From the NCBI GenBank assembly GCA_034669905.1, contig JAXMOL010000013.1, positions 81,862-145,861 on the forward strand: a stretch of 64,000 nucleotides of DNA. Reading direction: 5' to 3'. How positions within the stretch are numbered: the first letter of the stretch is position 1; each line of letters begins with the position of its first letter. The stretch is from Candidatus Hydrogenedentota bacterium (GTDB lineage Bacteria; Hydrogenedentota; Hydrogenedentia; Hydrogenedentales; JAEUWI01). The notes below the pieces were generated by a model, which worked only from the letters and a program-made list of their open reading frames with translations, was not told the DNA's origin and did not search any database. Position numbers and translations under genes: made by a program. This document shows, in pieces, positions 18,773 to 28,444 of the stretch.

Positions 18773-21727
18773 TTATTGGGCGACGACGGTGATGGCCAGC
18801 ACGGGCTCTTCGCCGGTGACATTGACCAACTCCGTGCCGACCCAGCTCAAGGTGGTGTTGGTGAGTCCCGCGGCGGCATAGAGATCGAGCTGCCACTCGC
18901 CGAAGGGGATTTCCTCAAATCGAATGACGTCCCCATAGACATAGCTGCGATATCCCGAAAGCTGGGTCAACTCCACGTCCCCCTGGTGGACCGGTGCGCC
19001 CGGCGGATTCAGGGTGGCCGCCAGGAAGCCCCGCCGGCCTATGACGGTCACTTCAATGCTGATGCCATTGGTATCGCCGAAGTTCTGGCGGGTGGTCAGG
19101 CCATCTTCAATGATGACGGGGTAGCCCTGTCCGCCCACCGAATCGCCGATAATGGCCGTGCCGACTTCGCCGGAGAAGACTTCGTACTCGCCGGAGGGGA
19201 TATTACGAATCTCGTAGTAGCCCCGCTCATCGGAGGTGCCGGTGTAGGGCACGCCCCCGGCGACGAGGGTGACGACCGTGCCGGAACGGGGACTGCCGTT
19301 GTTGTAGACGAAGCCTTCCAGCGTGCCACCGGGGCCGAGCCGTACTTCTATGCCACCCACCGATTCTTCCGCCTGGAGGGGTACGGATTCACTCATGGCC
19401 TGGGGATAAGCGGGATGGCGGGCAATGACGTTATAGGTGCCTTCAGACAATTGGTCAAAGCGGAACTGGCCATCCTCGTCCACATACATGGCGGGCAATT
19501 CCCCGTTTTCTCCCGCCGCCAGGCTACTCAGGGCTTCCGAGGCCGAGCTTGCTTCGATGAGGGATACCTGGGTGCCCTGGGGACTGCGCCCGTCGGCCAC
19601 GGTGACCCGACCCGAAATGACACCTCCGTCTTCGGAAAGGAGGAGGTCGATGTTTTCGAGGACCTGACCGGGTTCCAGCGTAATCTGCTGGCGGGCGGGG
19701 GTCAGCCCTTGCGCACGACCTTCAAGTCGCCAGGTACCTGCCGCAAGACTGATTTCGTAATTGCCCTGGGGATCCTGGAAATAATGGGAGGTCTCACCCG
19801 ATGTCGCCGACTCCATGATAGCCATGATGCCGCCGCCCTCGCTCTCGTCATCGGTGCTTTCCAGCAGCGCCGTACGGACTGTATAACCAGTCTCCGGGGC
19901 CTGGCGGGAATTCTTCACGAGCACCCGTCCACGGACGGTCGCCGCCGCGCGCATGACAATGGTGTTGGGTTCATCCAGCAGCACCCGTCCGAGGGTCTTG
20001 GGGCTATAGCCTTCATACTCGGCGCGGAGCATGTAGGTGCCGATCTCGACACCTTCAAAGAGGAACTCGCCACTGCCGTTGGTCGTCTCTTCCCGACCGA
20101 CGCCCTGGAGGTTTTCCGTGCCGAGGCCACTGAGGTAGACCTTGGCGCCCGAGAGATTGGAACCGGTGGAATCTTTGACCGTACCAAAGACCGCGTAGCG
20201 GCCCGAGCCTGCTTCTTCCAGGACTACGCGGAAGTTCTTAATCTCGTGATAACCATCGGAGCGCAGGGGTTCGCCGCGGAGGGCGAATTTATAGCCTTCC
20301 TTCTGGGCCATGACCTGGTAATTGCCAGCGGGCAGTTCCTTGACCTCGAAGTAGCCTTCCTCGTCACTCCGTGTTTCCCGCACGGCCTGGGGGCTGTCGA
20401 GGGGGGTGAGCAGTTGGGCGAACCCGGGAATGCACAGTATTTGTGCTTCGGGCACGCCTGCTCCGTCGCCATCCACGACCTGTCCGTAGACGTTGGTGCC
20501 GGTAAACATGAAAATGTCGACCCGGGCCTCCTTCTGACGGTCCGTGAGAAGAAACGGATCGGCCAGTTGAGGGGCACTGTCATCGGCCGTGGCGTAGAGG
20601 CGCCAGGGTTCATTCAGCGGCACGCCCACCAGCTCGTAATAGCCATCGTCTTTTTTCGAATTGGTGTTCAGCGGTGGGGCCTGGCGTACCATGGCGGAGA
20701 GGGCCTGGGTGAGCACACTTTCCGAGGTACACAGGACCACGTCGGCGGCGATAGGTTTGTTGTCGGGCGTGGTGATATAGCCCCAGACGACGCCGCCCTT
20801 GTCCAGTTTAAAGTCGACATTCTTGATGGCCTGTTCGGGAGCGGAGATGGTGGCCCGCTTGAACGGGAGCTCCTTGGTAACCCGATAGGCCGTCCGCTCA
20901 ATGTCGGCGATGATGCTATAGGTGCCGGGGCGAAGGCCACCGATTTTGTAATGGCCGTCGGCATCCGTCACGGCCTGCTGGTACTGGTACTCCTCTTCCA
21001 ACGTAGCGTTAACCGTCAGGCCTTCGATGCCCTGGTTATCGAAGCTGTCCACAATACGACCGGCCACCGTGGCGCCCACCCGCAATTCGATGTGTACCTT
21101 CCATTCGGGGGCTCCTTCTCCGACGAAGTGCTGTTCGACAACCTCTTGCAGGTGGGTGGAGGTGCGCACCGTGATTTGATAGTCGCCCGCTTCCGTAATC
21201 GGGAGATGAAAAGCCCCCTGGTCGTTGCTGCGCCCACCGGCGTCGGCCCAGAGCCGTTGTTTTTCTTCTATCAGCGCCGTCAGCGCGTCCCCGTCTTTTT
21301 CTGCGATGACCGCGGCATCACGTTCTTCGTAGGACGCCACCTCCGATTCTGTAGGGATGCGGCTGGCCACCAGGTACGCGTCGTTGATGGGCGCGCCCGT
21401 TGCCGCGTCCACCACCGTGCCTTGGATCAGGTAGTTTCCTGTCGCTTCTTCGGCCGCAACGGGCGTAACCTCGGCCGGATTGCCTGTGGTGGGCGCGGGG
21501 GCTTCCCCCGCACCACCCCTTCGGTCACTCCGATAGGGCATGAGGGGGAGCGCATCGGAGGGCTCCGCCGCAGGACGATTCTGATAGGTCATGGAGGAAA
21601 CGGGGGGCGCAGGATCTTTTTCGGGGGCGAGCAGTATGGCGAGTCCGATGGCCACCACGATAAGAAACGCGATCATGAAGATGATGGGAAGTGTGGACTG
21701 GGTGCCTTTGCCCCGACGACGGCTCAT
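18773..21727 (-). CDS. Membrane-anchored protein with multiple carboxypeptidase-regulatory-like (transthyretin/Cna-B-like) repeats
   Basis: One N-terminal TM helix followed by repeated G.V.D...TD..G.Y....L..G.Y modules. Start at MSRRRG. Confidence 0.75.
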   Translation of the reverse strand: MSRRRGKGTQSTLPIIFMIAFLIVVAIGLAILLAPEKDPAPPVSSMTYQNRPAAEPSDALPLMPYRSDRRGGAGEAPAPTTGNPAEVTPVAAEEATGNYLIQGTVVDAATGAPINDAYLVASRIPTESEVASYEERDAAVIAEKDGDALTALIEEKQRLWADAGGRSNDQGAFHLPITEAGDYQITVRTSTHLQEVVEQHFVGEGAPEWKVHIELRVGATVAGRIVDSFDNQGIEGLTVNATLEEEYQYQQAVTDADGHYKIGGLRPGTYSIIADIERTAYRVTKELPFKRATISAPEQAIKNVDFKLDKGGVVWGYITTPDNKPIAADVVLCTSESVLTQALSAMVRQAPPLNTNSKKDDGYYELVGVPLNEPWRLYATADDSAPQLADPFLLTDRQKEARVDIFMFTGTNVYGQVVDGDGAGVPEAQILCIPGFAQLLTPLDSPQAVRETRSDEEGYFEVKELPAGNYQVMAQKEGYKFALRGEPLRSDGYHEIKNFRVVLEEAGSGRYAVFGTVKDSTGSNLSGAKVYLSGLGTENLQGVGREETTNGSGEFLFEGVEIGTYMLRAEYEGYSPKTLGRVLLDEPNTIVMRAAATVRGRVLVKNSRQAPETGYTVRTALLESTDDESEGGGIMAIMESATSGETSHYFQDPQGNYEISLAAGTWRLEGRAQGLTPARQQITLEPGQVLENIDLLLSEDGGVISGRVTVADGRSPQGTQVSLIEASSASEALSSLAAGENGELPAMYVDEDGQFRFDQLSEGTYNVIARHPAYPQAMSESVPLQAEESVGGIEVRLGPGGTLEGFVYNNGSPRSGTVVTLVAGGVPYTGTSDERGYYEIRNIPSGEYEVFSGEVGTAIIGDSVGGQGYPVIIEDGLTTRQNFGDTNGISIEVTVIGRRGFLAATLNPPGAPVHQGDVELTQLSGYRSYVYGDVIRFEEIPFGEWQLDLYAAAGLTNTTLSWVGTELVNVTGEEPVLAITVVAQ

Positions 21728-21824
21728 GGGAATACAACTGCCTTTCTGGATTGACGGGTCGTCCACCCGGACAACCTTGCCCCTCAATCATACCCCGAAT
21801 GCGCCGGTCCCGGGCAAACCGTCC

Positions 21825-22298
21825 CTAATGGGCCTCGCGAAGTGTCGTCTCGGTTTGCCCGCCATGGCGAGATCGCTGGGGGAGGAGTTGGCTTTCGTAG
21901 CGAAATAGCACCAGACCTGCCCAAAGGGCAACCATGCTGAGCGTCAGCGTTCCGGCAAGTGCCAATACGCCAACCTGGCCGGACCAGGAAAGGTCCAGCA
22001 GGGTGAGGTAGTAATCGACGAATCCCCGGCCACCGGAAACGCCATGGCGATAGAGAATGCTGAAATGGCTGAGGCTGACTACGGCGACGGTACCAAAAAG
22101 AATGACCATCACGGCCCCTACGGCTCCCAGGAGGGAACGGCGGAAGCGGGCGCGCTCCTGCTCTTTCAGGGCGGCATAGAGCACCCGTTCCTGAATTTTG
22201 CGCTGCAGGCCGGGCGGGGCAGGCAATAGCGGCTCGTCTCGGAGGGCCGCTTCGATCAGGGCATCAAGCTCTTCGTCTGTGGGAAGGCTATTGGCCAT
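21825..22298 (-). CDS. Putative anti-sigma factor (membrane protein)
   Basis: Overlaps the 3' end of the ECF sigma gene. Short cytoplasmic N-terminus with a PAPPGL...I motif and two TM helices. Confidence 0.6.
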   Translation of the reverse strand: MANSLPTDEELDALIEAALRDEPLLPAPPGLQRKIQERVLYAALKEQERARFRRSLLGAVGAVMVILFGTVAVVSLSHFSILYRHGVSGGRGFVDYYLTLLDLSWSGQVGVLALAGTLTLSMVALWAGLVLFRYESQLLPQRSRHGGQTETTLREAH

Positions 22299-22905
22299 CC
22301 GCATAAATCTCCTTTTCAACAATGCCCCGCAACTGCTTTCGTGCCCGGAACATCCAGGTCTTCAAGGTGCCCAGGGGGATATCCATTGTCTCGGCGATTT
22401 CATCGTAAGAGACGCCTTTTAAATAATAGAGGGTCACGATTTCCGCGTAGCGGTCTGAAAGCTTGGTCACGCAGCGGCGGATGTGATCGGGAATGTCCAC
22501 GGTATAGGAAGGCTGGATCGCCGCGTTCTTATAGTGGACCGGCTGTAGCTCCACTTCTCCCCGCCGCTTTCGGCGGTTGAGTTCGGTGAGACAGACGCTG
22601 CAGGTGACCCGATAGAGCCACGTGCTGAAGCTGCTGTCACCCCGGAATCCGTGGAGGAGGCGAAAGGCCTTGAGAAACGCTTCCTGCGCCATGTCTTCCG
22701 CCTGGGTCGCATCGCGCATGTAGCGGTAGGCCAGGTTGTAGGTGACCTGTTGATGACGGCGCACCAATTCGGAAAAGGCCTCCTGATCGCCCTTCTTTGT
22801 CTGTTCCACCAATTCGAGGTCATCGGTGGCGTCGTAGCCCGTCACCATGCCTGCGACCGGGACGGCACTGCCTATCGCCATGGTCGCCTCTGAAGTCGGT
22901 GTCAT
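22288..22905 (-). CDS. ECF sigma-70 factor
   Basis: GDQEAFSELV, AEDMAQEAF, FSTWLYR (region 2) and SYDEIAETMDIPLGTLKT (region 4). Confidence 0.92.
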   Translation of the reverse strand: MTPTSEATMAIGSAVPVAGMVTGYDATDDLELVEQTKKGDQEAFSELVRRHQQVTYNLAYRYMRDATQAEDMAQEAFLKAFRLLHGFRGDSSFSTWLYRVTCSVCLTELNRRKRRGEVELQPVHYKNAAIQPSYTVDIPDHIRRCVTKLSDRYAEIVTLYYLKGVSYDEIAETMDIPLGTLKTWMFRARKQLRGIVEKEIYADGQ

Positions 22906-23825
22906 GTTCCGCTCCTGAATATGTTGATGTCGCCGTTCCGGGAATGGAGGGAGACGGTCGTACTTCCGTCACCAGACACACCAGCGACGGCACGACGTTT
23001 GGGGTATCCTTCGGCATACGCCAGCTCCAGGGAGGAACTGACAACACCACTTTCAGTGAGGGCGTCCAATTGGACACCTGCCGAATTCGCTACGGAAAGT
23101 GTAATGCTTCCATTTAAGGACGTCAAGCTGCAGCGTTTAACTGTATCAGACTGTACCACGGCGGATACACTGCCATTGGTGGTGCGGGCCTCCAGATAGC
23201 CACTCGCCAATTGGGCGTAGATACTGCCATTAATCGTCTTCAGCACCGTCTCGCCGAGGGCCTGTTCCACATTGATGCGGCCGTTGGTGCTTTCGACCCG
23301 GACGGCTCCCCCGGGACGGATGACCCGAATATCGGTGTTGTTGCCGGTGATATGGATGGCGCCACAGCCTTCGTTGATCTTGACGTTACCATTGGCCCCT
23401 TCCACCGAAACATGGGTGCCCCGCGGTACGGTAATGCGGTAGTCCACCCGGAGATCGATGGGTTCTGGTCGTTCGCCCTGTTCGGTCTGAATGCGGACCC
23501 CGGCACCATCGGAGGTGCCCACGGCCACTGTTTCGGCGTAGGCGGTCGTGGCTGCCAGAAGTTCCGCGTTGCCATAGGCCCGGATTTCGGCCTGCACGAT
23601 AAAGTCGTGGCCGCTGTGCGTACGTACTTCGACCGCACCATCGGTGTGGGCCAGTCGCAGGAAATTGCCTTTCTCGAAGCGCAGGGTCTTGCTGGTCTGA
23701 TAGAGGGGCGGCGTCGCTTCTTTCGGGAGGACATCACAGAGCATGCCCACGGTGACCGCGTGGATGGAAATCGCCACCACGACCGCCGTGGTAATACTTC
23801 GATACAGGGTGTTCATAACTTCCAT
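22902..23825 (-). CDS. DUF4097-like beta-strand repeat protein
   Basis: N-terminal hydrophobic segment and repeated (S/T)xNGxI motifs. Confidence 0.75.
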   Translation of the reverse strand: MEVMNTLYRSITTAVVVAISIHAVTVGMLCDVLPKEATPPLYQTSKTLRFEKGNFLRLAHTDGAVEVRTHSGHDFIVQAEIRAYGNAELLAATTAYAETVAVGTSDGAGVRIQTEQGERPEPIDLRVDYRITVPRGTHVSVEGANGNVKINEGCGAIHITGNNTDIRVIRPGGAVRVESTNGRINVEQALGETVLKTINGSIYAQLASGYLEARTTNGSVSAVVQSDTVKRCSLTSLNGSITLSVANSAGVQLDALTESGVVSSSLELAYAEGYPKRRAVAGVSGDGSTTVSLHSRNGDINIFRSGT

Positions 23826-23835
23826 TCCATAGTCG

Positions 23836-23866
23836 ATTGGACCGAAAGATGCAGGAAAAGGTTTCT
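23836..23866 (-). promoter_or_regulatory. Candidate ECF-type autoregulatory promoter
   Basis: Minus strand aGAAACcttttcctgcatctttcgGTCCAAt just upstream of the DUF4097-sigma operon; resembles AAC...GTC ECF promoters. Confidence 0.4.
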
Positions 23867-23953
23867 GACACGTACAATGGCGGCTGCAACGGAGTCCATA
23901 TTTAGAAGTTCGCGCCGACGGGAAGCGTCGTTACGTTTTCGGAAAGGTACCGT

Positions 23954-24370
23954 GTGAATACCCTGCTTATTGTAGCGCCCGTTTTGGTGGGGATGTTAAT
24001 TCTTCTCTATATCATACTCGCCAATGTCTTGCGACTCTGGCTGGATCACCGCGTAAAAATGGCACTCCTCGAAAAGCTGCGGCGCGATCCGGAAGCGCCG
24101 GGTACGATGGAAGAAATTCAGGCCCTCCTGGATGCGGACAAGGAGGACGCGCCACAAAAGGGCTCCGTGGATTACGTGATAGTTGGAACCATTCTGGTCG
24201 TGCTGGGATTCTGTAGCGCAGGGGGGGCGTACCTCTTGGGTCAGGGCCAGGCGTCCGTGGGGGTGTACTTTGGTGGAGTTGCCTGTGTTTCGGTAGGGGC
24301 CATATTGATTCTATTGGGGCTGCTGATTCGATACCTGACGCGGCTTCCCATGCACAAGAACATGAAGTAG
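23954..24370 (+). CDS. Small membrane protein (DUF6249-like)
   Basis: 138 aa: a TM helix, HRVKMALLEK, then two TM helices. Divergent from the ECF operon. Confidence 0.6.
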   Translation: MNTLLIVAPVLVGMLILLYIILANVLRLWLDHRVKMALLEKLRRDPEAPGTMEEIQALLDADKEDAPQKGSVDYVIVGTILVVLGFCSAGGAYLLGQGQASVGVYFGGVACVSVGAILILLGLLIRYLTRLPMHKNMK

Positions 24371-24382
24371 GGGTGGTCCACT

Positions 24383-26434
24383 TTGGGCCTGCTCATGACG
24401 GAAAGGTGGTTGGCTGTGCGCATTGTACTGGCTAAATTAGTGGTAGTGTTTTGTCTGGTGGTTAGTGGTTCTTCGGCGATGGCGGCCACGACGTGGAGCA
24501 GTGGGGAACAGATTCCCGTGGGGACGGCAGAACAGATCGGTCCCCTGGCACCCCACGCGGTGATGTCCGTGCCCCTCGGGGCCGCACACGTGTTTGGGGG
24601 GGCCTACCCCGATATTTTCGTCGCCACGACCAAGTATGGCACGGAGCCAGGCATCTGGCTCTACCGCTGGGTGAAAAACAACGACGCCGACGTCCCGGTA
24701 TTTGAAAAGGCCCAACAGGTGGGCCACCCCTTTGATAAGCCCTATCCGCCCTATGGCTGTGTCATACCCCAAAAAGAAGGAGGCGTCCTGGCCGTCTGGC
24801 TCAGCGGAACGACCCTGATTTGGAGCGCGCTGGACCAAGAGGACTGGCGATTTAAGGAAACGCACCAACTCGCCCTGGAGGGATTGCCCCGGGGTGCCAA
24901 CAGTGTTGGTGTGGCGGAGAACGCCGATGGCACGTGGCAGGTATATCTCGGGATTGGTGATGGGACCGCGTATCGCACGTGGAAAGGCAGTTCGCGGGAT
25001 CCCAAGTACCAGCCCTACACGGGGGCGGGAATCTGGCATGGTGGCATGCCCTATTCCGCCCTATACACCACGACCGTCTCCCAAGAAGGTACGGAGCAGT
25101 TGGATACACCGACCCGGATTTCACATCGGGACCGTGATGTCCGCTCCGGGTTGAATCAGATTGCTCCAGTGCAGCTCAAGGGAGTTGCGCAAGGGGCCGT
25201 CGTCACGGGATCTGCCTTCGGTGGGCTTCATTTCTTCCATCAGGACGGTGACCAATGGGCACCCCGTCTGCTTGCCGCACAGCGCGATGGGATCGCGCAC
25301 CGTCACCCGACCATCTATCCCCGGCCTATGGCTTACACCAATAAGGACGGGCAGGGGAGTGACCTGTTGGTCGGTGGGGAAGGGGGCTTATACTTCTACC
25401 GCTTCACAGGCCAGTTTTCCGCTTCCGGACAGCCCATTTACGAGGACCCTGTCTTCGCGCTGGAACAGAACGCCAAACTCTACGGCGGGACGCTCCCGGT
25501 GCCCAACGTGGTGGATTGGGACGGCGATGGACTGCTCGACATGGTGGCGGGCAACTCGGAAGGGCTGGTGTACTTCTTTAAGAATACGGGCAGCAATGAG
25601 GCGCCGGCCTTGCAACCGGGAGAAGCGCTCTACGCCGGGGGACAGAAAATACACGTCCAGCCCGGGTATCGCCTCGACATCCAGGGGCCGGGTGAAGCGC
25701 GTTGGGGGTACACGTGTCCCACCGTCGTGGATTGGAATGACGACGGGCTTCCGGATATCGTCATGAGTGACAGCACCGCCCGGCATCATGTGTACTTGAA
25801 TGTGGGCACGAAGACGGCCCCCCAACTGGCCGCCGCGCACCCCCTCTACTATGAAGGTCTGGACATGTACGGGACCTGGCGCGTGCAGCCGGCTGCCGCA
25901 AAACTTGATGGGCGCATGGCCTATGTGGCCCTCGACGAAGACGATCAGTTTCATCTCTATTGGCAGGTCGACGCGTACAACTTGCTGGATGGGGGAAAAT
26001 TGCGGCTGGATACAGGCGAACCGATTTACGCCAACTTCCTGAGTGCCGGGGGCACCGGGCGCCTCAAGCTGTCCCTGGTCGACTGGGACCAGGATGGAAA
26101 GACTGACCTGATGGTCGGCACACCCCGGCATGGCTCCGTGCCCCACCCTGAGACCGGATTGCCTCAGTCCCTCGGGTTGCCGGGATCGGCGGTGTTGGTC
26201 TTGCTCAATACGGGCACCGACGCCCGTCCGGTCTTTGCCTTTCCCAAGCTCATGGCGTTCCAGGGGGCGCCGATTTTCCTTGGTCAGCACGCCTGTGGAC
26301 CCACGCCCGCTCCCTTCTCAGGCGACGGGGCGGTCGATCTGGTGGTGGCCGAAGAGGAAGGCCGTTTCCGATACTATAAGCGGGAAGACCTAAGCTTGTT
26401 CGACGCAAAGGATTACGTGAAGCCGGAGGAGTAG
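24383..26434 (+). CDS. Secreted FG-GAP/VCBS repeat protein
   Basis: Repeated VDWDGDGLLDM, VDWNDDGLPDI and VDWDQDGKTDL motifs; signal peptide. Exact start uncertain. Confidence 0.8.
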   Translation: MGLLMTERWLAVRIVLAKLVVVFCLVVSGSSAMAATTWSSGEQIPVGTAEQIGPLAPHAVMSVPLGAAHVFGGAYPDIFVATTKYGTEPGIWLYRWVKNNDADVPVFEKAQQVGHPFDKPYPPYGCVIPQKEGGVLAVWLSGTTLIWSALDQEDWRFKETHQLALEGLPRGANSVGVAENADGTWQVYLGIGDGTAYRTWKGSSRDPKYQPYTGAGIWHGGMPYSALYTTTVSQEGTEQLDTPTRISHRDRDVRSGLNQIAPVQLKGVAQGAVVTGSAFGGLHFFHQDGDQWAPRLLAAQRDGIAHRHPTIYPRPMAYTNKDGQGSDLLVGGEGGLYFYRFTGQFSASGQPIYEDPVFALEQNAKLYGGTLPVPNVVDWDGDGLLDMVAGNSEGLVYFFKNTGSNEAPALQPGEALYAGGQKIHVQPGYRLDIQGPGEARWGYTCPTVVDWNDDGLPDIVMSDSTARHHVYLNVGTKTAPQLAAAHPLYYEGLDMYGTWRVQPAAAKLDGRMAYVALDEDDQFHLYWQVDAYNLLDGGKLRLDTGEPIYANFLSAGGTGRLKLSLVDWDQDGKTDLMVGTPRHGSVPHPETGLPQSLGLPGSAVLVLLNTGTDARPVFAFPKLMAFQGAPIFLGQHACGPTPAPFSGDGAVDLVVAEEEGRFRYYKREDLSLFDAKDYVKPEE

Positions 26435-26622
26435 GAGGCCATTGGCCTCCAGGATACCGTCCAGGGCTGGGTGACCCGGAATCGGTACAGCGGGTCTTGC
26501 TATTGGAATGCCATCGAATAACATGCCATAATGTGGCGAGCTTATGATTAATGTGCCAATAGCAATAAAGTGCGGAATACCATACAAGTTGCGTCCCTCA
26601 ATGGGACGCCGCGGGCTCCCGT

Positions 26623-28419
26623 GTGAGCCCTGACGTGCAAGAAAAAGTCGACGCCCCCCTGACGCTTCCTGCCATTCGCCTGTTCGTATTGGAACGTATG
26701 CTCTGGGTGTGGGGCCTGTTGGGTGGCCCGGCCGTGGCGGTGGTGCTGCTCGATGACATTCAAGCCGGCCATTACCGTGCGGCCGCCTTCTATACGGTCG
26801 CTTATACCTTCGTGGTACTCTCCCTGCTTCCCCGCTTTCTGCCCTACCTGGGACGTTCTCTACTCTCCCTGTCGGCCCTCTATCTGGTCGGTTCCCATGA
26901 GATCTATAACCATGGCCTCGATAGCGCGGGCAGTTTGTTCTACTTTGCGACCATCTTTTTTTCGTCTACCCTGCTGGGTGCCCGGGTCGCGGTGGGCATC
27001 ACCTTTGCCGCACTTCTGAGTCTTTGTGGGCTCTCCTATCTCTATCTCCTTTCGACCGGGGAGGCGGCACAGTATGAGAGTCTTGGGCAGTACTTCCGCG
27101 GCTATTGCCTGCCAGACGTAATGAGCCTCTCGCTTCTCGCGGCCATGGCGATTTCCTTTCTGACCTTCCTGTTGCAAAACCTGGACCAGAGTGTGCGTCA
27201 GTCGCAGGCCTACATGGAGGAAATCGCCCGGGAGCGCAACCAGCTGATTCAACTGATCGAAGAGCGCGATCAGGCCGAGAAGCAATTGCAGCAGGCCCAG
27301 AAGATGGAGGCGGTAGGCCAGCTCGCGGGGGGCATCGCCCATGATTTTAACAACCTGCTCCAGGTGGTAACGGCACACACCGAAATCATGCTTTCCAACT
27401 GTGAAGAGGGCGGGCCCCAGCGGGAGCAACTACTGGAAGTGCGGAAGGCCTCGGAGCGGGCGGCCTCCCTGACCCGTCAAATGCTGGCCTATAGCCGGCA
27501 ACAGGTCATGGCTCCCAAGTACCTGGACATAAACGCGCTCCTCCAGGAATTAGCGGGCATGTTGCATCGGGTCATTCCCAAACATATTGAGACCCGATTT
27601 GAGCCCGGAGAAAAGTTGGGTACGGTACACGCTGATCCGGTGCAGTTGGAACAGGTCTTTTTGAATCTGTGTCTGAACGCCCGGGACGCCATGCCAGACG
27701 GTGGCCAATTGACCATTTCATCGGAGCACGTGGAGGTCATCGGAGAGTGGGGCGGCCATGAATCGGGTCTCCCCAACGGGCCCTACGTGGTCATCCGGGT
27801 GTCTGACACGGGCATCGGAATGGACAGTGTGCAGCAGGAGCACCTCTTTGAGCCCTTCTACACCACCAAAAAGACGGGAGAAGGCACCGGGCTTGGTCTT
27901 GCCATGTCCTACGGCATCATTAAGCAGCACCGGGGCGCGATTCTCGTCGAGAGTGCTCCGGGTCAGGGGGCGGAGTTTGTTACCTACCTTCCCTGTGTGG
28001 ACCATGAGGTTTCGGCACCGGAAGTCGAACTGCCCTCGTCGGTGCCCCGGGGCACGGAAACCATTCTCGTTGCCGAGGATGACGAGGCGGTACGAACCCT
28101 GCTGATCAGTGTGTTGAAGAGTGCCGGTTTTACGGTCATTTCGGCGAGCGATGGCGTGGAGGCCCTGGCCCTCTTTGAACAGCACAAATCCGATATTGAT
28201 TTACTGCTGTTTGATGTCGTTATGCCGCGCAAGGGGGGGCCCGAAGCCTGCACGGAAATCCGGGAGCTTCACCCGAATACCCGGGTGTTGTTCATGAGTG
28301 GCTATGCGCCCGAAGGATTGGGAGGCCGCTTCGAATTGGGCCACAACACGGGCTTTATCCAGAAGCCTTATCGGATGAAAGAGCTTCTGGAGCGCATCCG
28401 TGAGGTGTTGGAATCCTGA
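26623..28419 (+). CDS. Membrane-bound hybrid sensor histidine kinase/response regulator (CckA-like)
   Basis: [14 protein letters not shown]-box, NARDAM N-box, [20 protein letters not shown], and a C-terminal receiver (AEDD...DVVMP...KP). Confidence 0.93.
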   Translation: MSPDVQEKVDAPLTLPAIRLFVLERMLWVWGLLGGPAVAVVLLDDIQAGHYRAAAFYTVAYTFVVLSLLPRFLPYLGRSLLSLSALYLVGSHEIYNHGLDSAGSLFYFATIFFSSTLLGARVAVGITFAALLSLCGLSYLYLLSTGEAAQYESLGQYFRGYCLPDVMSLSLLAAMAISFLTFLLQNLDQSVRQSQAYMEEIARERNQLIQLIEERDQAEKQLQQAQKMEAVGQLAGGIAHDFNNLLQVVTAHTEIMLSNCEEGGPQREQLLEVRKASERAASLTRQMLAYSRQQVMAPKYLDINALLQELAGMLHRVIPKHIETRFEPGEKLGTVHADPVQLEQVFLNLCLNARDAMPDGGQLTISSEHVEVIGEWGGHESGLPNGPYVVIRVSDTGIGMDSVQQEHLFEPFYTTKKTGEGTGLGLAMSYGIIKQHRGAILVESAPGQGAEFVTYLPCVDHEVSAPEVELPSSVPRGTETILVAEDDEAVRTLLISVLKSAGFTVISASDGVEALALFEQHKSDIDLLLFDVVMPRKGGPEACTEIRELHPNTRVLFMSGYAPEGLGGRFELGHNTGFIQKPYRMKELLERIREVLES

Positions 28420-28444
28420 GCCTGGGGCGACGCTTCTGACAGGC

